Positions 39,601 through 51,600 of a DNA stretch of 64,000 bases are shown here, piece by piece. The DNA is from Phoronis australis (Eukaryota > Animalia > Phoronida), in contig NMRA01000022.1 of assembly GCA_002633005.1 (NCBI GenBank), forward strand, positions 1,565,036 to 1,629,035, in the 5' to 3' direction. Position numbers and translations under genes: made by a program. The notes beneath the pieces were generated by a model. It was not told the DNA's origin and made no database searches. It saw only the letters and a list, made by a program, of their open reading frames with translations. How positions within the stretch are numbered: the first letter of the stretch is position 1; every line of letters begins with the position of its first letter.

Positions 39601-42600
39601 ACAAGTGGGTCATGACTGTTTGCTACACAGTGCCAAAAGTAAACAGCGAGTTCACCTCATCCACTACCACTCACCTCCATTGGGACTCTTACACGTCGCA
39701 GTGCCCCAAGTGATAGTCTTTACACCACACACTAATGTACGGACCAGACTACGGCAGTCAGCCACTGAGTATGTACCAGCCTGGAGAACAGTTGATGCAT
39801 ATATTTAACAGGACTGACCAGTCTTAGTAATTACACAGCATATATTCTGTCTTGGTATTAAGGGCCCTGAGTGCATACAAGTTTTACTTTGGATAGCAAC
39901 CATGATGTTGCATTATTGCACTTCATGTTGACATTGTTGAATGACATCTTAAAACATTCTAACTTATCCAGTCCATAAGTTTTAAACAAACAGCCCTAGT
40001 ATACCAATGGAAATTATTATTTGACTAGTTCATCCAATGGTTTCAACTTCTGATGAATAATCGACCTTGTGCATGTAATTAAACCCTGTGAAAAGCAAAC
40101 ATTAATTACAAATTGGTCCTTAGAAGTCTCCAACACAACAATTAATGGAACATTTAAGTTTTCAATTTCTAGACACAAGGAACAAAATATTTGGAAAAAA
40201 GTGCTTCTGTGCTCACTTTTCAACAAACTTGTTTAGATTTTGCCTCCAGCAAATTCCAAATGTGACATAAGATAAACATACTTCTCAACTACTCAAAAAA
40301 ATTCGCAGATATCAGGATTTTCATGACTGTACAACAAAAAAATCTTTCCCCTCATTCTGATAGAGTACAAAATTTTCAAGGCAAACTAACACATAACAGC
40401 AAGCATCCATCTCATACCTCCTTAAAGCACTCATTTTGAACACTAATCAAAATAGGAATAATTGTGAACAGGCAGCAAACAGTAAACTAAGAAATCCATT
40501 TATGTCCAATATGTCTTAAGCTTTACCTTATCTTCTATCTTGTCAACATTGACTGAATTTGACGGAGCTGACGTAGTGGGAGTGGGAGGAGCTAATGATG
40601 GTGTGGACACGCTGGGCGTTTTGGGTTCTTCCTTGGCTGGTAAGTCCACAGACTTACTATCAGACTTGGAGTCATGCGGTTTACTGGAAGAAGAGGAGAC
40701 ATTCTATTTACGGGATGTAGGCTGAAGTTCTGATGGACTTATTTACTATCAAATGCTCAGTGCAACCAGTACGGACACATCACAACAATTAGCCTGGCAA
40801 ACTATAACAAGTGCAAAGCAAACATGGCGGAAGTCTACTGCAGGCATAATACAACAACAGATGTTTTCAAGTATTCATGACGATATTTCACTAAATGTTA
40901 CTGCATGGAGCCAAACAATCACAAAAGGTCCCACTGTGCATGTTACAGTATATCCATGATTCCATGTCCACTCATAGATTGCTACTTCATTCACATCAAC
41001 AGAGCTTCATACAGAAGTTAGACAAATCAAACACCTAGGCATCATGCCTGCCAGTATATTGTGTTACACTGCTGTGACTTGATAAGGTGCCTTGGTAAGC
41101 TATTACATAGCACAACCAATGATGAGAAAAAATGACTTATAGTGATTTAGCACTTTATGTTTCTTTGGTGGCCACTGGTGGTCTGGTGATGTTATTAAGA
41201 ATACGCGAGTACTTCGGAAAAGTCACATTACTGTAAGTCACATTACAGTTCAGCCATATTACTGTTCTGCCACATTACTGTAAGTCACATTACTGTAAGT
41301 CACATTACTGTAAGTCACATTAGTATAAGTCACATTACTGTAAGTCACATTACTGTAAGTCACATTACTGTAAGTCACATTACTGTAAGTCACATTACTG
41401 TAAGTCACATTACTGTAAGTCACATTACTGTAAGTCACATTACTGTAAGTCACATTACTGTAAGTCACATTACTGTAAGTCACATTACTCTTAAGTCACA
41501 TTTACTGCCATCTACATAATATTATGTTCCGCATATTTTACTGTTAGCTTAACTCAGATTATATACTAGAAAAAGAAAATGTACTTTGCAAAACGTTATG
41601 GAGGTGAAATTATTTCACTTTGAGCTAATTGTAAAATTTCGACGTATATTCCAAGGTGAATATTCAGCTGATGTGGGGTCTTACTACAGCAATGGTTTTA
41701 TATCCCGCAAACTTGTAAATTGTTGATTTGCAATATAAGTCTCCCCTGCTCATAGAAAAACCATCTTTCTGCTTTCATTGGCAATGAATATTTGTGGGAC
41801 AAGGTGGAGGGCGATCATAATGTTTACATTTTCCCGTGCCTTGACTGGCTGGAGCTGATAGTTTGATGGACATGATAGAACTGTCTGTTCTGGTGCTTTA
41901 ACCACTAAATCACTGTGAACCTGTAATGATGCTTACAACAGACTGATCAATCACATAAAGGTTCACTCAGTAGGAACCTTCAAGACTCTGATGTAAACAT
42001 GTTGTGAGGAATAGTCTAGAGAAGGCAGGTCCCATACAAGGTGGTGGTAAATATGTCCTATCTCTGTGTAACAACACTGCTAATTCCATACCACTTCGTC
42101 AGGATGACCGGCAGCTGGTGCTTAGCGATCACTTTGAATTTCAACACAAACACTTCTAACATTCGCATCAGCAGTTGTCTCCCCTGCAACATGAAGCACC
42201 CTTGTCATATCAAGACTTCAGAGAATTTTAAAGGAATGAAAAAGATAAAACATTTGCAATGCGTGAACAATATTTTACTGATAACACATTTGTTTAGTAA
42301 TTCTCACAAGTTATCACATACAGTGGTTTCTAACATTATTCTTGAAATTTCAATAATCCTGTTTCATGGAGAAACCAACAATTAAGCCCTCATGATATGA
42401 ACATTGGGTGTATCAAGATATAACAATCATTTGTCACAGAATGACCAAAATGTCCCCCACCCAAATGGAAGAATGCATGGATATTAAAAAAGACGTCAAA
42501 GTCTCCAATATTAACTTCCTTTTCATGATATCACGCCAACACTTTCTGTGGAAAAATAATTTCTCGCTGGGACCTTGAAAATGAGGTCAAGGTCACCAAA

Positions 42601-45600
42601 ATCGACTGGTGTCTGGAAATGCCCCAACTACACTTAAAGATTAACAAATGAGATATCGCATCAACATCGTGTGACGTATGTACATTGAGTCACGAATACT
42701 GTATCTCTTGCTTCGCGATACCATGCAGCAGGGGACAATCAGAGATAGTGTACAAAATATAATAACAACTGCACTCAATCACCATCTCACGTTGGTGATA
42801 TAAATAACTATCTTGAGTACTTGGACTGGGCCACGAGTAGTAATCTATTAAGTTAGTGTGAAAGCCATCACTTACGTTTCCATTGTCTTGCTCACTGCGT
42901 TGACTAATACACTCGACCAAGTTGAGCAGCAGTTTACACGACATGGTCTGTATACTACTGGGTAAGGAGTCGTCGTGCACATTCTTAGAGAAGACGTTAA
43001 CAGCTAGCGACAGATCATTGAGCGGGAGGGTGGTGCGTACATGGTGTACAAGATCAGCCAGGGTACTGTATGCTAATGGTCTGCAAAATGCCAGTTAAGA
43101 ACAAAATTGTTGATTTATCAAATCCAAAGTTTGAATTACACTGCTCAGTCCACTATGTGACTTCAGTGAACTACAAAAATAACCCAACCCCAACGTATTT
43201 AAAACAGATGAAGAAAATTGTTAAGCGCTAACGATCAACTTGGGCAAAATTAAGAAAAGGAAATCTGAAAATAAATGGAGGCAAATAAGAAGGGATGTAG
43301 ACACCTCTACCAATTCTTGTGCAGCTGGACATCATCAATGATACTTACCTAAGTGATTCGTATGTAGTCCATCCGGAACCAATTAATGTATTCTCATCAA
43401 ACAGTCTCTCAATATGAGGGGCAAACCCTATACAAATTGTAAAGAAATGTTTAAGATGGCAAACATCTCTCGACTAGTTAGACACAGATATATTTTTAAC
43501 CAATGTCTATTAGTCTCACTAGGTTAAAGAATTTAGGGGATTTCATCGAGGGCACTGAAGACAATTTTCAAATGTATTGGGGAGGGGAGGGCAGTTGTCA
43601 ACCCTTAAACATCTGATGACAATCCAGACAACTTAATAGTGACCTGACTCGTGATTTGCACTTGGAGAGATTTGCCTTCAGCGTGATCACACGGCAAATG
43701 TCTCAAGAATCTCCGACTTATTAAAAGAATTGGTGATCAATGTATTTATTTGATGCAATTTGAGGTGCACCTTCGATCTTTTATTTTTCTATAATGGTTG
43801 ATGTGTCGTACTCACAACAAAAAGTAAGTTGCAGTTGACTCATGCTTTCAATGCTGGTGCATGCAAGTGACAAGTGTTGTATTGTTTAAATGTCACTAAG
43901 TTATTTCTAATGTCACCAGATGTTTACAAGCAGACAAAAATCATACAATCCATCTGAAAAATGTCAGCAGTGCCGAAAACAAAATCCCAGAATTACATGA
44001 AAATAATATTTAAGGTAATCATGTCGCTACTGGTACACAATCCTGCACATCATGTCACTGCCACTGCGTCATGACTTATCTGAAAATTTTAAAACTTAAT
44101 GGAAATGTAAGCTCTCATTTTCATAAGTTTGAGGGAAACTAGCTTCATCATTGGTTGAAATGACCAGTCTATACTGAGACACATTAAATGACTATCTAAG
44201 CACCAAATGATGCAAGAAACTGATAGTTGGAAAAACGGCTGCTTCACTTTAGGACTGTTTCATGCATTACGAATGAGGGTCAAAGGAACAGCTGGCTCAT
44301 AAGCAATGAAATGTACTAGAGCTATAAGTAAAAATGGCCGAGTCTATAATTAAATTAAACTGTCCAGCAAATGATAAAGAAATGCTTACTGTTTCTTAGC
44401 TCTGTTGGGAAAATATGTCTCGCAGCAATTAAGAGTTCTTTTCTCAAGTGTGCCACTTCCTGGGGACACAGCGACAACAGTCCCAGCATGCCTTTCACCA
44501 ACTGCTGCGAGTGCTGATTGACTTGCTCCTGGTAAGAGGAAGAGGAATTAAGACCATAATTTTCATCGTTTAGTATAAAGTAGGAAAATAAATGCAAAAT
44601 AAACTGCAATATCCACGGATAGAACAGATTTTGGCTTTATTTGAAGCCATCTGGACAGGATACTTTCTTTGAATTCAATGACAGTTTAGTACATAGTATA
44701 TTGTATGAGCCGTCATTAATTTTGATTTGCACCAGGAAGTTATGGAAGTCCAGTTCAATTGACTTACAGTAAATTAGCTAATGACTATAAAAATAAGTCT
44801 ATTTTTGAGACAACCGACACCGAAATCACAATGAAAAGCAATCGATCAAAAATTTAGACAACCTAATTACAGAATACAGTAAAGTTCAGAAAGCACGCCA
44901 CTCACCTGATAAATTTTAATGATATACGCCAAGAATGATAGCGTTTTGATCTGGGTAGCGATAAAGTCCACAAAAACTTCTTTGTTGAAGGATGGGCTTT
45001 GTCTGCAAAATAAAAATCACACCTGCGGTGTCATCAAAACTTCAGGAAAGTACAAAAAATCTCGTCAAAAACCGCCACAAAAGGGAAATTGTTGAAACTG
45101 GAATTAAGCAGCTATCAATGAATCTGAAACACAATACAACTGCAAGTCTACATACTGCAAAGATTTCCGATTCCTACATTTTAAGTTATAACAAAAGTTG
45201 CAATTGCATTTGAGAACACTCTACTTTACAAAGTCTTAACACTAACATTTCCCTCATTGCTTAAAGGATTCTAATAATTAACAAAAAATATACTGAAATT
45301 TCTGCAGGTGAACCCAAGAACTTAGGCAGTGAACAGGACTGGATGAGCATACAGCCAAATTGGTGCTGGATGAACACAGAATGTTACCCACACCATGGGT
45401 GTGTCTGTGAGAAGAAATGCTATCACAGTAATGCCATCTGTTGGAGAAAAAATTAAAGTCTCAGAACACATTACAGTTCTGTGAAAAGTAACTCCATAAC
45501 GCCACATATCAAATTTCAAATAACAATGATTTAAAACACTCAAATGATGTGTAATATGAAATCAATGCAGATGGTATGGTATACATTGTGTTTTGAATAT

Positions 45601-48600
45601 GAAAGCAAAGGAAATGATGCATCTTAAATACAGGATTAGGAAGATTTCCAACACAAATAGCATTGATTTCAGCACAAATGAAAAGTCACACTTGCTCTAT
45701 TTAAACATACAATGGAGTAAAAGCAGGATACAACAAACTCAAGTGTATTAAAAATTATTGCTAAAGTTTTGTGTTTTCGTTAAAAAGCATAGATCGTGCA
45801 TACTTAATGCCAATCTGCTTTACTTTGATAACAAATCAAAAACCCTCTTTGACTATTCTAATAAAATAACGCGTCACATAAAATTGAAAAACACGTTTTC
45901 ATGTAATGTAACAAGAGCAACGCAGAGCGTTGAAATGCGCCCACAATTGCACCGTATATGGTATCCTTCTAGGGTCGTTTATTGGTACCATAAAGTGGCC
46001 AGTTGAGGGCATATATGTAGTATGTTGTACTTTGCAAAATGGAAAGGCATGGTCATTGTCTACTCAATAGGCTAGGGGCAAAATGTTTGGTCGATAGAGG
46101 GGTGGACGCCAAAAAACAGACTCAAAAACAGTAAAAATGGCCACTGGGTGTCGCAAACTAGGTCGAATCCATCCGAAAACGGGAGGATAGCGTCATCGCA
46201 CTAATAGGTGCCTACACACAAAATTTCATGAAAATCCGTTAAGGACTTGTTAAGATACAGACTGAGGTAAACGTAAAAAAATAAAATTGCCACTCGGGGG
46301 CACACTGGTAGGCGGATCCGTCCAAAAGTCGTCATCGTCTGTTGTTAACATCATATAAATACACATATTAAATTTCGTAAAGATCCTGCGAACGGTTTAG
46401 GAGAAACAGCCATAGGCGCAAAAAAAACTGCCACTAGGAGGCGCCACAGTAGTCCAAATCGTCTGAAAATCATTGTCAGCTGTCCTCTTTATAGTAAGCA
46501 CATACATGCCAATTTTCACAATCATCCTTTGAGCGGTTTGGTTGATAGAGAGGTGGACGCAAAAATAGACTCAAAAATAGTAAAAATGGCCACTAGGTGG
46601 CGCAAACTAAGCCGAATCCATCTGAAAACGGGAGGATAGCGTCATCTCACTAATAGGTGCCAACATACCAAATTTCATGAAAATTCGTTCAGGACTTTTG
46701 AAGATACAAAGGTAAGCGTAAAAAACTAAAATTGCCACTAGGGGGCACACCGGTAGTCGGATCCGTCCAAAAGTCGTCATCTTCCGTTGTTAACATCATA
46801 TAAATATACTTACACAATTTCGTAAAGATCCTGCGAACAGTTTAGGAGATACAGCCCTAGGCGCAAAAAAACAAAACTGCCACTAGGAGGCGCCACAGTA
46901 GTCAAAATCGTCGGAAAGTCATCGTCAATCATCCTCTACATAGTAAGCATATACATGCCAATTTTCACAATCATCCTTTGAGCGGTTTGGTTGATAGAGG
47001 GGTGGACGCACAAAAACAGACTCGAAAACACTAAAAATGGCCACTAGGTGGCGCAAACTATGTCGAATCCATCTGAAAACGGGAGGATAGCGTCATCTCA
47101 CTAATAGGTGCCTACATACCAAATTTCATGAAAATCCAATAAGGACTTGTGAAGATACAAAGGTAAGCGTAAAAAAATTAAAATTGCCACTAGGGGGCAC
47201 ACCGGTAGTCGGATCCGTCCAAAAGTCGTCATCTTCCGTTGTTAACATCATATAAATATACTTACACANNNNNNNNNNNNNNNNNNNNNNNNNNNNNNNN
47301 NNNNNNNNNNNNNNNNNNNNNNNNNNNNNNNNNNNNNNNNNNNNNNNNNNNNNNNNNNNNNNNNNNNNNNNNNNNNNNNNNNNNNNNNNNNNNNNNNNNN
47401 NNNNNNNNNNNNNNNNNNNNNNNNNNNNNNNNNNNNNNNNNNNNNNNNNNNNNNNNNNNNNNNNNNNNNNNNNNNNNNNNNNNNNNNNNNNNNNNNNNNN
47501 NNNNNNNNNNNNNNNNNNNNNNNNNNNNNNNNNNNNNNNNNNNNNNNNNNNNNNNNNNNNNNNNNNNNNNNNNNNNNNNNNNNNNNNNNNNNNNNNNNNN
47601 NNNNNNNNNNNNNNNNNNNNNNNNNNNNNNNNNNNNNNNNNNNNNNNNNNNNNNNNNNNNNNNNNNNNNNNNNNNNNNNNNNNNNNNNNNNNNNNNNNNN
47701 NNNNNNNNNNNNNNNNNNNNNNNNNNNNNNNNNNNNNNNNNNNNNNNNNNNNNNNNNNNNNNNNNNNNNNNNNNNNNNNNNNNNNNNNNNNNNNNNNNNN
47801 NNNNNNNNNNNNNNNNNNNNNNNNNNNNNNNNNNNNNNNNNNNNNNNNNNNNNNNNNNNNNNNNNNNNNNNNNNNNNNNNNNNNNNNNNNNNNNNNNNNN
47901 NNCTTACAACAGGGTGGGGGGTGGGGTGGTTTTGATGATCGGGAGGTAGAATTTCTCCCTCAACCGAAAAAATGTCCCTCACAGAAGGCACAGGCACCTT
48001 TTCCCTCAGATGAACGAGGGCCCTGTATATCACCCTGTATAACTTTGAATACAACTATTATCATATATCGCTCCTACTCTGTTACTTTAAGACTAGGCAA
48101 GTAAGAAACAGTAAAATCAGAATGTGGCAAAAGTATTCACACAAAATGAAGATAGGAATTCCTTTATGATGACACATGGGCAGAAATAAAATTCATCGCC
48201 AGTGTAACCTTCCCTCATGACCAAGAATGAAAGTGAATTATCAGGAAGTTAGTAAGGTAAAAAATAAGCCACCCTGTAATTAGAACTTTGGCTGTCGTAA
48301 TTTTGCTGTTAACAGAAAAAGTAGTCATGATGAAAAACAGTGGTTTGTTTGGCGATTACTTTCGTCATAGCGATACAATCAATACCAAATTACAAAATCC
48401 ACACTCTAAAACTAACCGTGATTGGCTGTCCATCGTTATTCTTCTTTTCTGTCATAATTGTCGTGATCGTGTATGTCGACGATAACATCTCCTCCATGTT
48501 AATATCAGAGGGGTCACGAACCTTCTCCTGTGTCCGCGGTTCAAAAATCTTGGACACGTGATTAGGCAGGTCTTTGTAGATGCTTTTGACAAACTGAAGG

Positions 48601-51600
48601 AAACTCTGAATCTGACAACGTAGAAAATTGCTCATTATTAGCTAGTTGAAATATGACGGTTATGCAAATTGCATGATGTGAAAATGTTAGAAAGACACAA
48701 AAATCAACACAAAAAATAAGTTTCATAGTAAAAAATTCAAGCACCTTATTCTGCCCTTTGGTTGAGATGGTATATTTTGTTAGGCGATACCCAGACACTT
48801 ATTCAGGGAGTCACACATTGTGGTTAGGCTATACCAGTCCATTAAATTGCTTATTCACCATTCACATTTAGTAATACAACCATTACATTAAGCTCAATAC
48901 TAGAATCAGTTCCCTGAGTCTTGTGTTCCGTAAATGCAAAAACTTGCGAAAATGTAAGATCACGCAAGTTATTACGAGATATCTCCAAGCATAACAATCG
49001 CAGAATTTGATCACACCAAGCTTTAATCGTGAAACTAGTTTGTTTAATGAACGCAGCTGTGGACCATCAAATTTTACTAAAAATTGACCAAACGGAGTGC
49101 TAACTTTAAAGTAAACTTTGATTATCACAATGTGATTGGACAACTTTCGAGTCAAATTGCCAGTAAAATCTGTTCATCTCAGGCCATGGAGATAATTCAC
49201 TTTGAAAAGAGTTAACCAATTGTTCATAACGTCAAACTGATGTCATGTACCTCAGGGTTCATCTGTGGTCGGTACTGCTTGTGCAACTCAATGATGATAC
49301 GTAAGCAGACGAGAACATTTTCTTCATTATCCGTCTGCAACAACTTGAACATAAGATTGAGCACCTGCTTCACATACGGCTTCAAATGATCATTGGTCGG
49401 GATACGGTGGATGATCTCGAGCAGCAGCTTGCGCAGTTGCTGAAAATTCACATATTACAGTAAAATGTAAAGTACATAACATTCTCATTTTTATAGTCTC
49501 TGCTCACACCTGTGAAGTAAAGTCCTTAATATGAACAAGTGCTGCACAATAATTTGAAAAGTTCTGAGCTGAGTTTGAAAGACTTGCTGAGCTTTTTCTG
49601 CTTTGCAAGACAAAAATATAACTGTGTAACATACTGGTACATATTTTATGATTTTGACAGTCCTAATACTTCAACCAATAGAATACCTTGAACACGATAT
49701 AAAGAGTGTTCATGAGTAACTTATACGTCTCTGTTTTTAACAACCAACACGAAAAACCAGTGTAACTAAATGCCCAAATATTATTTGTTAAGGCCTAGAA
49801 CCAGCTGGAACACAAAATGTGTTCTCTACAAACAGAAATAAGACTTGACAAGACATACTTGAACAGTCTGCTCTGAGATAAATACAGGGTCACCGTCTTG
49901 GAGAATTTTAATGAATGAGCGCATCAACTCCTGCAGGAACTGTGGGTATTGTGGGGAGGAAACAACAGTCTGAAATGGATAACATAGAGGTGGTACACAG
50001 AAGGACGTTAATGGATAACATAGAGGTGCACAGGACATTCAAGGATAATTCTATCAAAATGAGTACTTTCTGTTTTACACCATTATACTTTTGTCTTTAA
50101 AAACATTAGAAGGATACAATTTGTACAAAAATCTAAAACTTTGGCAGAAAACTGTCTATTTTTCATAAAACAAAAACCTTTAAACTGGCTATGGTCACAT
50201 TTTACACTGTTTAAGTGCGTAAATTGTGACTAAAACCAAAATAGCATAATCTAGGTATACACACAAAAAGAAACGAAAAATGCTTCCCATGCCAAATGAT
50301 GTTGTATGGATTTCGCAAGCTATTGTCTGTTCAACTTACGAGATCCATACGACGGGCGTAAGCGCATCACATGGTTACTGCCTATGATACACTACCATTG
50401 TTTTCCTTTGTTGCGTCTTTGTTGGATATAACAATACAGGTAGCACGGATATCGTACCTTGGGCGACCATCAGCGGGTTACCGATAAATGCTTACCATTA
50501 TCTTTATTATAAGAAAGAAAAACAAAGTGAACAATAGATTACGCCTATCTACCGATATCTATGCCACGAGCTTGCACCCTAGTTTCCCGTGGGTTCAGAC
50601 TTGTAACGTATGTATGACAAATGAGTTACTAATTGGATAATTGAAAGCAATGAACTATCTTCCAGAACAAACATAACTCATTACCTCAAAGTTCTCACTA
50701 AGCTCTTGAGCAGCCTTCTGCTTCTTCTCCACAACTGTAATTGAGTATAACACAAATGTTGAATGAACCAGTCAATCTGATTCAGTGAATGGATAAGTCA
50801 AATTCATCAAGCTATATTGTAATGATAGTGGAGTAGTCAGATCTTATCAGCTAGAAAGTCATGGAGACCTGCAGCTCAACTCAGTCAGAGGAGCACAGAC
50901 CCTCTGGTGTATCCACAGTTAACATCACTCTACCCACAAGATGCTTTCTAATGTACACTGGCATGAAAAATCCTGAACACAAAAACGGCTGATAATTTAG
51001 ACAAACTGCAACCAGGGTTTAAAATGCTTTGACCTGTATATGATAAAGCGTGGGAATTTTGTTTTAGGAGGAATAATCATGAAAAACAAATAATTAGCTT
51101 TACATGAAATGAGTAACTTTGTTAAAGGGCTCTAAGACAGATTACAGCAATAGGGGTCTCTCAAGGTAATCAAGGCAGAAAGACAAGTATTTCAGCCAAT
51201 GCTACCTTTAACTACCTTTACTGTAGGTACATAATGTTGCCAAGGGATTATCCAAATTGTTATACAAGCTAATAATAAGCTATGAAGCATGATCTAGTTA
51301 TCAGAAACCTTCAGTGGTTACAGCCAGCTCTTTGCTTGACAACCAAGACCTCAACATGTGATCTGTATCTGATCTCAAAGTTTTTGCACCTTAAAAGTGA
51401 ATGAATGTTTTCTTATCCTTTGACTACAAATAGACATGCAGACCCCTAAATTTAAACTTTTAGCAAAAGGGGTGTTCACATTTTCTCTAATAGAAAAACA
51501 GAAGAAAACTTTGCATTTAAAGCACTAATCAGAAATGCACTCATCCAGTCAATGTGATACATACTACCAGGTGAAGGATCAGCAATCAAGGCCACGTAGG

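Noticed and set aside
41259-41483. ORF of (YSNVT)n repeats
   Set aside because: By-product of a stop-free 15-bp minisatellite inside an intron; TRRAP exon phases close without it.
41600-41880. Possible decayed coding fragment on the minus strand
   Set aside because: Multiple stops and no motif I could recognise.
46070-47268. CRISPR-like repeat/spacer appearance
   Set aside because: The spacers themselves repeat with a ~450-bp period, the context is eukaryotic, and there are no cas genes.
47239-48054. 236-aa and 268-aa ORFs
   Set aside because: Artefacts of the N run; the flanking translation is not TRRAP-like.
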